Positions 30,011 to 40,091 of a DNA stretch of 64,000 nucleotides are shown piece after piece. The position numbers were made by a program, and so were the translations under genes. Each line of letters starts with the position of its first letter. Position 1 is the first letter of the stretch. Under the pieces are notes generated by a model, which had not been told where the DNA came from, did not search any database, and was given only the letters and a program-made list of their open reading frames with translations. The DNA is from Elusimicrobiota bacterium (GTDB taxonomy: Bacteria; Elusimicrobiota; Elusimicrobia; UBA1565): positions 103,830 to 167,829 of the forward strand of contig JBDRPD010000039.1 of NCBI GenBank assembly GCA_043827405.1, given 5' to 3'.

Positions 30011-31633
30011 ATGATCATGGAAGAAGCCGACACGCCGGTCCTGGAGACGGCCATTAACCGCGGGAGCAAGGAGTACGCGGAAAATGTCCGTTATCATGAG
30101 AAGATCATCGACGGACTGCAGGAGCACCTGGACAAAATTCGGCGCGGCGGTCCGGACAAAGCCCATGCCCTGCACCGCAAGCGCGGCAAGATGCCGGTGC
30201 GCGACCGTATCGCCGTGCTCGTCGATCCGGGTACGGAGTTCCTCGAGCTCTCGCCCATGGCGGCCTTCAATAAGTACGACAACGAGGTGCCGGCCGCGGG
30301 CGTTATCACCGGGATCGGTATCATCGCCGGGCGTATCTGCATGGTGGTGGCCAACGACGCTACGGTCAAGGGCGGGACCTACTACCGGGAGACGATCAAG
30401 AAGCATCTGCGGGCGCAGGAGATCGCCGAGGAGAACCGCCTGCCCTGTATTTATCTCGTGGATTCCGGCGGGGTGTTCCTGCCCAAGCAGGCCGACGTTT
30501 TCCCGGACAAGCTCCACTTCGGCCGCATCTTTTACAACCAGGCGGTGCTCTCCGCCAAGGGGATCCCGCAGATTTCGGTCGTGATGGGTATGTGCACGGC
30601 CGGCGGCGCCTATGTCCCGGCCATGTCGGACGAGAGCGTGATCGTGCGCGGCACGGGCACTATCTACCTCGGCGGCCCGCCGCTGGTCAAGGCGGCCACC
30701 GGAGAGGACTCGACCGCGGAGGAACTGGGCGGCGGCGACATGCACAGCCGGATATCCGGCGTGACCGACCATCTCGCCGACAACGATGAGCACGCCCTGC
30801 AGATTTGCCGCTCGATCGTCGAAAATCTCAACACCCCGCTTTACGCGCCGCCGACGGACGTCGAGGAGCCGCTGTATCCGAGCTCGGAGCTCTACGGCAT
30901 CGTCCACCGCGACCTGCGCCGTCCCGGAGACATCCGGGAGGTCATCGCGCGAATCGTCGACGGCAGCCGCTTCCATGAGTTCAAGCGCCATTACGGGGTG
31001 ACGCTTACCTGCGGCTTCGCCCGGCTGATGGGAAGACCGGTCGGCATTATCGGCAACAGCGGCATTTTGCTGTCGGAGTCCTCGGTGAAAGGCGCGCATT
31101 TCATCGAGCTCTGCGCGCAGCGCAATATCCCGCTGCTGTTTCTGCAGAATATCACGGGCTTCATGGTCGGCAAAGAGGTCGAGCAGGGCGGCATCATTAA
31201 GCATGGGGCCAAGATGGTGCAGGCCGTCTCCACCGCTCGCGTGCCGAAGATTACCGTTATCATCGGCTCATCCAACGGCGCCGGCAACTATGCGATGTGC
31301 GGCCGCGCCTATGGGGCGCGCTTCCTGTTCACCTGGCCCAATGCGCGCATATCGGTGATGGGAGCCGAACAGGCGGCGCAGGTTATGGTGATTGTGAACC
31401 GGCAGAAGCTGGCGCGGCAGAACAAGGTTCTGACGGACAAAGAGGCGGAGAAGATCGCGGCCCCGATCCGCCGGCAGTACGAAGAGGAAGGGCACCCCTA
31501 TTTCGGCACGGCGCGTTTATGGGATGACGGGATACTGGTTCCCAGCGATACCCGCCGCGTCCTCGGCCTGTGCTTCGCCGCCGCCGCTATCGCTCCGGCT
31601 GAAGAGACTAAATTCCCGGTTTTCAGGATGTAA
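30011..31633 (+). CDS. liuB: Methylcrotonoyl-CoA carboxylase beta (carboxyltransferase) subunit
   Basis: [41 protein letters not shown]. Confidence 0.93.
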   Translation: MIMEEADTPVLETAINRGSKEYAENVRYHEKIIDGLQEHLDKIRRGGPDKAHALHRKRGKMPVRDRIAVLVDPGTEFLELSPMAAFNKYDNEVPAAGVITGIGIIAGRICMVVANDATVKGGTYYRETIKKHLRAQEIAEENRLPCIYLVDSGGVFLPKQADVFPDKLHFGRIFYNQAVLSAKGIPQISVVMGMCTAGGAYVPAMSDESVIVRGTGTIYLGGPPLVKAATGEDSTAEELGGGDMHSRISGVTDHLADNDEHALQICRSIVENLNTPLYAPPTDVEEPLYPSSELYGIVHRDLRRPGDIREVIARIVDGSRFHEFKRHYGVTLTCGFARLMGRPVGIIGNSGILLSESSVKGAHFIELCAQRNIPLLFLQNITGFMVGKEVEQGGIIKHGAKMVQAVSTARVPKITVIIGSSNGAGNYAMCGRAYGARFLFTWPNARISVMGAEQAAQVMVIVNRQKLARQNKVLTDKEAEKIAAPIRRQYEEEGHPYFGTARLWDDGILVPSDTRRVLGLCFAAAAIAPAEETKFPVFRM

Positions 31634-31637
31634 GCGC

Positions 31638-32456
31638 ATGGAATACAAGCATATTCTCCTGGATATCCAGGGCGATACCGCGACGGTCACCTTGAACCGT
31701 CCGGAGGTCCGCAACGCGATGGACGAACAGACGCTCGCGGAGCTGACGCACTGCTTTCAGGGTCTGGGGAAGCCGCCCCGCCCGGCCCGGACCAGCGTTC
31801 CCCGCGCCGTCGTGCTGCGCGGCGCCGGCAAGGATTTTTGTTCGGGCGCCGATATCCGCTGGATGCGCCGCGCGGCCGATTACTCGGCGGCGAATAATAG
31901 GAAGGACGCGCAGCGGCTGGTGGACGCGATCCGTTCTATCGACGAATGCCGGCTGCCCGTAATCGGCGTGATCCACGGCAAAGTGTTCGGCGGCGGGCTG
32001 GGGCTGGTGGCGGCCTGCGATATGGTGGTGGCCGAAGAGAGCACGCGTATGTGCTTTTCCGAGTGCCGGCTGGGGATCATCCCGGCGGTGATCACTCATT
32101 TCGTACTGCCTAAGATCGGGATGAGTCACGCCCGCCGGCTCTACCTCTCGGGTGAGCTCTTCGGCATGGAGATGGCGCGCCATATCGGTCTCGTCCATGA
32201 GGTCGCTCCCGAGGCGGAGCTGGGCGCCAAGAGGGATTTCTTTATCAAGAACATTCTGCGCAACGGACCGCAGGCCATGCGCATCGCCAAGGCATATCTC
32301 AGGAAGGTCGCGGCTCTGCCGTCCGGTTCGCGCGTCCGCTTCTCCGTCGATACGCTGCTCAAGGCGCGGGCTTCGAAAGAAGGGAAAGAGGGGTTTACCG
32401 CGTTCCTGGAGAAACGGCCCGCCGTCTGGGTTCCTGTCTCCGAGATTATTTCGTGA
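31638..32456 (+). CDS. liuC: Methylglutaconyl-CoA hydratase (crotonase family)
   Basis: LNRPEVRNA, FCSGAD, GGGLGLVAACD, SECRLGIIPA. Lies between liuB and HMG-CoA lyase. Confidence 0.85.
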   Translation: MEYKHILLDIQGDTATVTLNRPEVRNAMDEQTLAELTHCFQGLGKPPRPARTSVPRAVVLRGAGKDFCSGADIRWMRRAADYSAANNRKDAQRLVDAIRSIDECRLPVIGVIHGKVFGGGLGLVAACDMVVAEESTRMCFSECRLGIIPAVITHFVLPKIGMSHARRLYLSGELFGMEMARHIGLVHEVAPEAELGAKRDFFIKNILRNGPQAMRIAKAYLRKVAALPSGSRVRFSVDTLLKARASKEGKEGFTAFLEKRPAVWVPVSEIIS

Positions 32457-33367
32457 AGCGCGCCGCGCTGCGATTCGTCGACGTCGGCCCCCGGGACGGA
32501 CTGCAGAACGAGCGCGCGCGCGTCCCGCTGGATATCAAGGTGCGCTACGTCGAAGCGGCTGCCGCGTCCGGCGTCATTGAGGTCGAGGCCGGGTCCTTCG
32601 TTTCGCCCCAGGCGGTGCCGCAGATGGCGGATTCCGCAGAGGTCTTCAAGCGGATACGGCGCCGGCCGGGCGTCGTCTATTCGGCGCTGGTGCCCAATAT
32701 GAAAGGCTTCGAGCGGGCCGTGGAAGCCAAGGCGGACAAGATCGCGGTTTTTACCGCCGCTTCGGAGACGTTCAACCAGCGTAACATCAGGGTAACGATC
32801 AAGGAATCGATTGAACGGTTTCGTCCGGTGGCGGCCGGAGCGCTGAAGGAGGGGCTCCCGCTGCGCGCCTACATTTCAACCGCCTTCCACTGTCCGTACG
32901 AGGGGGCGATCGCTCCCGCGGCGGTGCTCCCGGTGGCGGACGCCTTGCTGGGCCTCGGCATCAGCGAGTTGTCGATCGGCGACACCATCGGCCGGGCGTC
33001 GCCGTCCGGTATTCGGGCGCTGCTGGCGCCGCTGCTCAAGCGCCTGCCGGCGGACAATATCTTCCTGCATCTGCACGACACCTACGGGATGGCGGTGGCC
33101 AACGCCCTTACCGCCTGGAGCGAGTTCGGGATCTCCGGCTTTGACGCATCTTCCGGCGGGCTCGGCGGCTGCCCCTATGCGCCCGGAGCTACCGGCAACG
33201 TCGCCCTGGAAGATCTGGCGTTCGCCTTTGCCGCCGAGGGAACCGAGACCGGGCTTTCAGCGGATGCGATTCGCGCCGCGGTTTCCTGGGTGCGGCCGGT
33301 GCTCGGCCATCCTCCGCTGTCCCATATGAACCGCATACCGAAGCGCGGTTCGCAGGAGCCGGCATAG
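32453..33367 (+). CDS. liuE: Hydroxymethylglutaryl-CoA lyase
   Basis: GPRDGLQNE, HLHDTYG, GGLGGCPYAPGATGNV. Confidence 0.95.
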   Translation: MKRAALRFVDVGPRDGLQNERARVPLDIKVRYVEAAAASGVIEVEAGSFVSPQAVPQMADSAEVFKRIRRRPGVVYSALVPNMKGFERAVEAKADKIAVFTAASETFNQRNIRVTIKESIERFRPVAAGALKEGLPLRAYISTAFHCPYEGAIAPAAVLPVADALLGLGISELSIGDTIGRASPSGIRALLAPLLKRLPADNIFLHLHDTYGMAVANALTAWSEFGISGFDASSGGLGGCPYAPGATGNVALEDLAFAFAAEGTETGLSADAIRAAVSWVRPVLGHPPLSHMNRIPKRGSQEPA

Positions 33368-34743
33368 TGCTCAGCGCGGCGGTCGTCGGAGCGGGGCCGT
33401 CCGGCTTTTACGCCGCGCAAGCCCTGCTCAAGAGCGGGGACCCCGAATTTCGCGTCGACCTGCTGGATCGCCTGCCGACGCCGTACGGCCTGGTGCGCAG
33501 CGGCGTCGCTCCGGATCATGCGAAGATAAAGGGCGTGACCAAGGTTTTCGAGCGTACGGCGGACCTGCCGAGGTTCCGCTTCTTCGGCAATGTGCGTCTC
33601 GGCGCGGACGTGCAGGTCGCGGATCTGCGCCGCCACTACCAGGTGATCGTCTATGCCTGCGGCGCGGAGCGCGCGCGCAGCCTGGGCATTCCCGGTGAGG
33701 ACCTGCGGGGCGTGCACAGCGCGGCGGAGCTCGTGGGCTGGTACAACGGCCATCCCGACTACCGGGACAGGGAATTCGATTTGTCCTGCCGGCGGGCCGC
33801 CGTCGTCGGTATCGGCAACGTCGCGTTGGACGTTACCCGCATTTTGTCCAAGGCCCCCGACAGTCTGGCCGCCACCGATATCGCCGGCCATGCGCTCAGC
33901 GCCCTGCGCCGGAGCCGTCTTCAAGAGGTCTTCGTTCTCGGGCGGCGCGGCCCGGCGCAGGCGGCCTTTTCGCCCAAGGAGTTCCGCGACATATCGGAGG
34001 ACCCGGCCATCGATTTGCTCGTCACGGCGGAGGATATGGAGCTCGATCCGGTCTCCAAAGAGTCGCTGGCGACCGACGCGGGGGCCAATGCCAGGCAGAA
34101 CGTCGACTATCTCATGCGGGAGCTGGAAAAAGGCGAGGAGGAACAGGAGCGGAAAGTGCGCCTGCGCTTGAAGGTTTCCCCGGTGGAGTTTCTCGGCGAG
34201 GAAGGGCGGCTCAAGGCCGTCCGTCTGGAAAGAAACGAGCTCTACCGGGCGGATGACGGCCGCATCCGCCCCCGCGGCACCGGGAAATTCGAGGTGCTCC
34301 CTGTCGGTATTGTTTTTCGTTCAGTGGGCTACCGCGGCGTGCCTATTCCGGGGGTGCCGTTCGACCAGCGGCGGGGGAAGATATCCAATGTGGACGGCCG
34401 GGTAGCCGAGCCGGAGAGCGGCGGGATCGTCCGGGGCGAGTACGTAGTGGGCTGGGCGAAGCGGGGCCCCAGCGGGCTGATCGGTACAAACCGCGCCTGT
34501 TCCGTCGCGACCGTCGAGCGGATATTGCAGGATATTCGAGACGGCAAGCTGGCGGTGAAAGACGATTGGACGCCGGAGGGCGCCGAGGCGATGCTGCGCG
34601 CCAAGCAGCCGGAATGCGTTACCTTCGAAGATTGGCGCGTTTTAGACCGGTTGGAGATGGAAAACGGTAAAAAGGTAGGGAAATCCAGGGATAAATTCAC
34701 CAGCATCGAGGACATGCTGGCGGCGCTTTCGGCGGAAAAGTAA
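33367..34743 (+). CDS. NADPH-ferredoxin reductase (FprA/adrenodoxin reductase family)
   Basis: GAGPSG, PYGLVRSGVAPDH, GIGNVALD, GRRGP, GWAKRGPSGLIGTN. Confidence 0.92.
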   Translation: MLSAAVVGAGPSGFYAAQALLKSGDPEFRVDLLDRLPTPYGLVRSGVAPDHAKIKGVTKVFERTADLPRFRFFGNVRLGADVQVADLRRHYQVIVYACGAERARSLGIPGEDLRGVHSAAELVGWYNGHPDYRDREFDLSCRRAAVVGIGNVALDVTRILSKAPDSLAATDIAGHALSALRRSRLQEVFVLGRRGPAQAAFSPKEFRDISEDPAIDLLVTAEDMELDPVSKESLATDAGANARQNVDYLMRELEKGEEEQERKVRLRLKVSPVEFLGEEGRLKAVRLERNELYRADDGRIRPRGTGKFEVLPVGIVFRSVGYRGVPIPGVPFDQRRGKISNVDGRVAEPESGGIVRGEYVVGWAKRGPSGLIGTNRACSVATVERILQDIRDGKLAVKDDWTPEGAEAMLRAKQPECVTFEDWRVLDRLEMENGKKVGKSRDKFTSIEDMLAALSAEK

Positions 34744-34772
34744 GAACCCCGCCCGGTACCGGGCGGGGTTCT
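34743..34772. terminator. Perfect 30-bp palindrome between convergent genes (likely bidirectional terminator)
   Basis: AGAACCCCGCCCGGT-ACCGGGCGGGGTTCT. Confidence 0.7.
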
Positions 34773-34789
34773 CGGTTCAGCGACCGTGT

Positions 34790-35002
34790 TTAGCTGACAG
34801 TGCTAAGCGGTTTGACGTTAGCGGCCCGAGGCCCCTTATCCGTCTCAGTCACTTCGAACTCAACCTGCTGGTTCTCCGCGAGGGTCTTGAAGCCGTCGAT
34901 CAAAATCGCGGTGTGGTGTACGAACACGTCCTTAGATCCGTCCTCCGGCGTAACGAATCCGAAGCCCTTCTGGTCATTGAACCACTTCACAGTACCTTTC
35001 AT
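34790..35002 (-). CDS. cspA: Cold-shock protein
   Basis: [11 protein letters not shown]1 KGFGFV, RNP2 VFVHH. Confidence 0.97.
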   Translation of the reverse strand: MKGTVKWFNDQKGFGFVTPEDGSKDVFVHHTAILIDGFKTLAENQQVEFEVTETDKGPRAANVKPLSTVS

Positions 35003-35109
35003 GCTTTTTCCTTCCTTTGTGTTTTACGAATGTCTGTAAGTCTTTATTTGAAGCTACGTCAAACGCACCTTCAGCTTACGAGGGCATTATACCTATTTCC
35101 GGAGACGTT

Positions 35110-35280
35110 TTACAGCGGCGGGTCCGGCTTTCGCTCCGGCGCGCGCTTGGCCTCGGCGGCGGTGGGGGAATCCTGCGGCCAGATTATATGGTCGCCGCAG
35201 TACAGCACGCCGGCTTTTTGCGCGCGCCTGGCGCAGCCGGGGTAGGCGCAGGTCATTTTGGGTTCAACAGGTCTGGACAT
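35110..35280 (-). CDS. Possible small CCCH zinc-finger protein
   Basis: 56-aa ORF MSRPVEPKMT-CAYPGC-x11-CGDH filling an intergenic gap. Confidence 0.4.
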   Translation of the reverse strand: MSRPVEPKMTCAYPGCARRAQKAGVLYCGDHIIWPQDSPTAAEAKRAPERKPDPPL

Positions 35281-35371
35281 GTCTAGGCAGGGATGCCATA
35301 GGGTAGCCTGCCCGCGGAGGGGACGCAAGGCCAAACCTGTTGCGAACTCTGACAGGATGAAACGGCCGCGC

Positions 35372-35409
35372 TTGTCTCAATCCTGACTAAATTAGTAGTA
35401 TATAGCTAA
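35372..35409 (+). promoter_or_regulatory. Putative feoB promoter with AT-rich dyads (candidate DtxR/MntR-type operator)
   Basis: TTGTCT...TAGTAT overlapped by ACTAA-A-TTAGT and TTAG-N10-CTAA. Confidence 0.4.
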
Positions 35410-35411
35410 CC

Positions 35412-37352
35412 ATGGCTCTAGTCGCTGAAAAGCTCCGCCGCGTCATACTTGTGGGCAAGCCGAATGTCGGCAAGTCGGTCTTGTATCACGCATTGACCGG
35501 CCGCTACGCGACGGTATCGAACTATTCCGGGACCACCATGGACCTGCGGCGCGCGTGCGTCAAGCACGGAACGATGGAGGTGCTCGATACTCCGGGGCTG
35601 TTCTCGCTGGTGGCGCGTTCGGAGGACGAGAAAGTGACGCGCGACGAGCTGCTGCGCCGGGACGCCGATCTGATCGTCCATGTGGGGAATGCCTCCGACC
35701 TACCCGGCACGCTCACGATGACGCTCGATCTCGCGCGCCTCGGGGCGCCGATGATACTGGCGCTGAATTTATTCGATGAAGCCTGCGCCAAGGGGATAGA
35801 GATCGATATCGACGAACTGTCCGGGCTGCTCGGCATCCCGGTGGTCGCCACCGTGGCGACGCGGGGGCGCGGCATCGCCGAGCTCAAGGAGCTTATTGAG
35901 GACAGCCGGCGTACCGCGGGCGTCCCTGAGCAGGCCTCTGAGGTCCGCCGTGCCGTGGAGGAAACCGCCGCGCTGCTCTCTCCGGAGCGCGCGCGGTGGG
36001 CGCTGCTGGCGTTCACCGGGGACGACGATATCCGGCGCGTGCTGGCCGCCTATGGACGAATACCGCAGGAGTCGTTGGCGGCGATCGGGAAGCTGCGGCG
36101 CCGCTTTTCACGCCGGCCGGACTTCCTTTACATGCGGGCCGCGCGGGAGCGGGCACAGGAACTGGCGGCGCGCACCTTCCGGAAAATCCGCGGGAGCGAA
36201 CATGCCGGACGACGGATATTGGACTCCCTCGGGCGGTGGACGCTGCGGCCGGTATCCGGCGGGCTGATCGCTCTGCTGATGCTGTGGCTGCTGTATCAGT
36301 TTGTGGGCGTATTCGGTGCGCAGACCGCGGTGGGTTTTATTGAGGGACGGCTTTTCGCGGGACTGGTCAACCCCGTCCTTACGACGGGTGTCGAGCGGAT
36401 CCTGCCATGGGGCTGGGCGCGCGATCTGCTCGTGGGGCCCTACGGCATCTTTACCATGGCGCTGACCTATGCCTTCGCGCTCGTGCTGCCGATCGTGACC
36501 ACTTTTTTCCTGGCTTTTAGTACACTTGAAGATTCCGGCTACCTGCCGCGTTTCTCGGTCGTGACCGACCGGCTGTTTCGGGTCATCGGTCTCAACGGCA
36601 AGGCCGTGCTCCCCATGCTGCTGGGGCTGGGCTGCGGCACCATGGCTATCGTGACGACGCGCATCCTTGAGACCCGGCGTGAGCGGCTGCTGGTGAGCTT
36701 CCTTTTGGCCCTGACAATTCCGTGCTCGGCGCAGCTCGGCGTTATTTTGGGCATGGCAAGCGGCGCCGGGCCGGCCGTGCTGTATACCTGGCTGGGGGTG
36801 GTCGGCGGCTCGCTGGTGCTTTCAGGATGGGCCGCGTCGCGCTTCCTCCCCGGGGCGGTGGCGCCTTTCGTAATTGACATCCCGCCGATGCGGATTCCCC
36901 GGTTGGTAAACGTTCTGCGCAAGGTCGGCTCGCGTCTGAAATGGTACATGATAGAAGTCGTTCCGCTGTTTATTTATGCGACGCTGCTGCTGTACGTGCT
37001 GGACCGTACCGGGGGGCTTAGGCTGCTCGAGCGGCTGTGCGCGCCGCTGATCCAGAGTTTCCTGGGCTTGCCGGGTGAGGCGACCGGAGCTTTCATTACC
37101 GGCTTTTTGCGGCGTGATTACGGCGCGGCGGGGCTGTTCTCGCTGTATCGCGACGGGCTGTTGAACCCGCGCCAGGTGGCGGTCAGCCTGGTCTGCATCA
37201 CTTTGTTTATGCCCTGTATCGCGCAGTGGCTGGTGATACTGCGCGAGCGCGGCTGGCGCTATACCGGCGTGATAACGTCCGTGATAATCTGTTACTCTTT
37301 GTCGGTCGCCGGACTGCTTAATGTCGTTTGGCGGTTCGTGTTCGGCGCTTAA
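35412..37352 (+). CDS. feoB: Ferrous iron transporter B
   Basis: G1 GKPNVGKS, NYSGTT, DTPG, LEDSGYLPR, gate motifs GLGC, IPCSAQ and FMPCIA. Confidence 0.95.
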   Translation: MALVAEKLRRVILVGKPNVGKSVLYHALTGRYATVSNYSGTTMDLRRACVKHGTMEVLDTPGLFSLVARSEDEKVTRDELLRRDADLIVHVGNASDLPGTLTMTLDLARLGAPMILALNLFDEACAKGIEIDIDELSGLLGIPVVATVATRGRGIAELKELIEDSRRTAGVPEQASEVRRAVEETAALLSPERARWALLAFTGDDDIRRVLAAYGRIPQESLAAIGKLRRRFSRRPDFLYMRAARERAQELAARTFRKIRGSEHAGRRILDSLGRWTLRPVSGGLIALLMLWLLYQFVGVFGAQTAVGFIEGRLFAGLVNPVLTTGVERILPWGWARDLLVGPYGIFTMALTYAFALVLPIVTTFFLAFSTLEDSGYLPRFSVVTDRLFRVIGLNGKAVLPMLLGLGCGTMAIVTTRILETRRERLLVSFLLALTIPCSAQLGVILGMASGAGPAVLYTWLGVVGGSLVLSGWAASRFLPGAVAPFVIDIPPMRIPRLVNVLRKVGSRLKWYMIEVVPLFIYATLLLYVLDRTGGLRLLERLCAPLIQSFLGLPGEATGAFITGFLRRDYGAAGLFSLYRDGLLNPRQVAVSLVCITLFMPCIAQWLVILRERGWRYTGVITSVIICYSLSVAGLLNVVWRFVFGA

Positions 37353-37355
37353 GAT

Positions 37356-38033
37356 ATGAGCAAGTTTAAGAAATTCGCATTGCCCACTCCCGTCCAGGAG
37401 GAGCACGAAGAGGCGTTGAGCCTCATTTGGCTGCACCGTGAGAAGGGCAGCGACAGTTTGGAAAGGATCCGGGAGTCGTTGGACCAGAGCATCCGCGAAG
37501 GGATGCTTGACCGCCTGGTTTCGGAAGGGTTGGTGCGGCTGGATGCCGACAAGGTCCTGCTGACGGATAAAGGCGATCGTGAGGCGGCGGGGATCATACG
37601 CCGCAGCCGGCTCGCCGAGCGGATTCTGACCGACGTCCTGACTCTGTCCGAAGACCAGATGGAGGCGAGCGCTTGCCGCCTGGAGCATATCCTTAGCGAC
37701 GGGTTGGCCGATGCCATCTGCACTTTGCTCGGGCACCCCGAAGCTTGTCCGCACGGGAAGTCCATCCCGCATGGGCGCTGCTGCGAAGAGGCGCGCGAGG
37801 AGGTCGGCGCGGTACTGCAGCCGCTTGAGCGCATGGCGGAGGGCGAGTGCGGCCGCGTCGCCTACCTGACGTTTCCGGACAAGCCGGACACCCAACGCCT
37901 GCTGTCGATGGGGGTGGTCCCCGGAGCGGAGCTCCGCGTCGAGCAGTGCTCGCCGGCGTTCGTGGTGGCGGTGGGCGAGAATACCGTGGCGATGGAAGCC
38001 TCGGTGGCACGCGGCGTTTTTGTCCGTATCTAG
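37356..38033 (+). CDS. DtxR/MntR-family metal-dependent regulator with C-terminal FeoA domain
   Basis: RLAERIL, ACRLEH, CPHGKSIP, RLLSMGVVPG. Confidence 0.9.
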   Translation: MSKFKKFALPTPVQEEHEEALSLIWLHREKGSDSLERIRESLDQSIREGMLDRLVSEGLVRLDADKVLLTDKGDREAAGIIRRSRLAERILTDVLTLSEDQMEASACRLEHILSDGLADAICTLLGHPEACPHGKSIPHGRCCEEAREEVGAVLQPLERMAEGECGRVAYLTFPDKPDTQRLLSMGVVPGAELRVEQCSPAFVVAVGENTVAMEASVARGVFVRI

Positions 38034-38059
38034 TCCGTTTGTCCCGACGTGAGTCGGGG

Positions 38060-40039
38060 TTAAGTCAGTCCGATGCTCTTGAGGAACGCCTCTTCATTCG
38101 GTTCGCGGCCGAGAAACTCACGAACATAATCCTTTTCGTCGCCCTCTCCGCCCCGCTCCAGCACGGTCTTCCGGTAGCGCTTTCCCACGGCCGGGTCGAG
38201 GACTCCGGCTTCGGCGAATACCGAGAACATGTCCTCCGAGAATACCTCGGCCCATAAATAGCTGTAGTAGGAGGCGTCGTAGCCGACCAGGTGCCCGAAG
38301 CTGGCTTCCGGCCGCGTGCCCGGCTGCGACTCTACCAAGGCGACCTCGGAGTGAATCCGGTGGAAGGCCTCCTGCGCCGCCGCCGGCTCGGGCAGATGGT
38401 AGGCTTGGTCGATCATGCCGTAGGCCAGCTGGCGCAGCTTCATGCAGGCCGAGTTCAGGTTCTTGGCGGCGAGCTTGCGCTCCAGGACGTCGTCGGGCAG
38501 CGGCTTCCCGCTTTGGAAGTGTGAGGAGAGCTCGCGCAGGACCTCCTTGCGCCAGACCCAGTTCTCCAGCATCTGGGACGGCGCTTCCACAAAGTCCCGT
38601 ACCACGCCGGTCCCCGCGAAGCGCGAATGCTCGGCGCGGGTCAGCACGCCGTGCATGATATGGCCGAACTCATGGAACAGGGTCACGACCTCGTTGTGGC
38701 GCAGCAGCGAGGGCTTGTCCTTGGTCGGCTTGTTGAAGTTCGCCACCATGGCGACCAGGGGGAGGTGGTAGGCTCCGTCGGAGCGGCGGAAGCCCGGCAC
38801 CAGCGGGAAGACCGCCGCATGCTTGAACTTGCCGTCGCGGGGAAACAGGTCGAGGTAGAAGCGGCCGAGCGGCTCGCCCGATTCCGCGTCGGCGGTCTCA
38901 TAGTACTCGACGTCCGCATGCCATTCATCGCCCAATACCATCTTCTCGAAGCGCACTCCCAGCAGGCTTTGGTAGACCTCGAACATGCGGTCGAGGACAT
39001 GCCGCATGGGGAAGTACTCCATGATCTTCGTCTCGTCGACGTCATATTCGGTTTTCTTCAGCTTATTATGGTAGTAGCCGAAGTCCCAGGCCTCAATCTT
39101 GTTTGCTTGCGGATCATCCTTCTTCTTCAGGTCAAGCAGACGGGTAAGCTCGCGCCTTGCCGGCTCCTGCAGGCGCTCGCGCAGACGCGATTGGAAGGCC
39201 GTGACCTGCTCGGGTTCCTTTGCCATCATTTCCGCCATGACGAAATGCGCATGGGACTTGAAGCCCAGCATGCCCGCGAGCCGACGCCGCAGAGGGAAGA
39301 TTTCCTCCAGCAGGGCGGCATTGTCCGGCACCGCGCGGTTATGAAACATATGTTCCAGCCGCCGCCGGGCGTCGCCGCTGTGGGCTTCGGTGATGAACGG
39401 GATATAATCCGGGTAGTCCATCGTGACCTTGTACTTCCCGTCCTTCGTGCGCTCCAACCGTTCAATGTAGTCTTTGGGCAGGCCGTCAAGTTCTTCGCGC
39501 GTTACCGGAAGGAAATCCTTTATTTCATTCAGGTTTTTACCAAACGTCAGTTCCATGTCAAGCAGCTGCTTCTTGAGGATGCCGAAGCGGGTTTTCTCGA
39601 GGGGTTCAAGGTCCAGACCATTGCGTTGAAAATCGCGCAGGGTCCAGTCGAGGAGCTTTCGGTCGCGCGGCGCGAGCTTCGCCGCGTCCGGGGAGCAGGA
39701 TTTGAGCGCCGCATAGAGGTCTTCGCGGGCGAAAAGGTCGACCATGAATTTGGATATCTCCGTCTCGCTGGCATGCGCGGCTTCGCGTACCTCCGGGTCC
39801 GTGGAGATGTACTTCGGGAAGGTCGTCGCGGCGGTCAGCGTGCTGAAGTCTCCCAGGATGCGGTCGAAAGCCTGCATGGTGCTCGCGAATGTGCGCTGCG
39901 CTTCCGGGAGCGCTGCCAACTCGTCCAAGCGCTGCCGGAGGCCGGTCAGGGCCGTTTCCGAGAGTTTCTTCAGCGCCTCGGCGCCGAGGCAGAAATCGGG
40001 GTGCGCGTTCGCTACGGGGTTTTCGGCGGCTGTCGTCAT
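38060..40039 (-). CDS. M3A oligopeptidase (thimet oligopeptidase/neurolysin-like)
   Basis: YLDLFPRDGKFKHAA, FHEFGHIMH, DFVEAPSQMLENW, YYSYLWAEV. GGAGG RBS before MTTAAE. Confidence 0.95.
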   Translation of the reverse strand: MTTAAENPVANAHPDFCLGAEALKKLSETALTGLRQRLDELAALPEAQRTFASTMQAFDRILGDFSTLTAATTFPKYISTDPEVREAAHASETEISKFMVDLFAREDLYAALKSCSPDAAKLAPRDRKLLDWTLRDFQRNGLDLEPLEKTRFGILKKQLLDMELTFGKNLNEIKDFLPVTREELDGLPKDYIERLERTKDGKYKVTMDYPDYIPFITEAHSGDARRRLEHMFHNRAVPDNAALLEEIFPLRRRLAGMLGFKSHAHFVMAEMMAKEPEQVTAFQSRLRERLQEPARRELTRLLDLKKKDDPQANKIEAWDFGYYHNKLKKTEYDVDETKIMEYFPMRHVLDRMFEVYQSLLGVRFEKMVLGDEWHADVEYYETADAESGEPLGRFYLDLFPRDGKFKHAAVFPLVPGFRRSDGAYHLPLVAMVANFNKPTKDKPSLLRHNEVVTLFHEFGHIMHGVLTRAEHSRFAGTGVVRDFVEAPSQMLENWVWRKEVLRELSSHFQSGKPLPDDVLERKLAAKNLNSACMKLRQLAYGMIDQAYHLPEPAAAQEAFHRIHSEVALVESQPGTRPEASFGHLVGYDASYYSYLWAEVFSEDMFSVFAEAGVLDPAVGKRYRKTVLERGGEGDEKDYVREFLGREPNEEAFLKSIGLT

Positions 40040-40091
40040 ATGTCCTCCAGGTGTATGCCTACATTCTACAAACTTGATAGAATGCGGGCTC

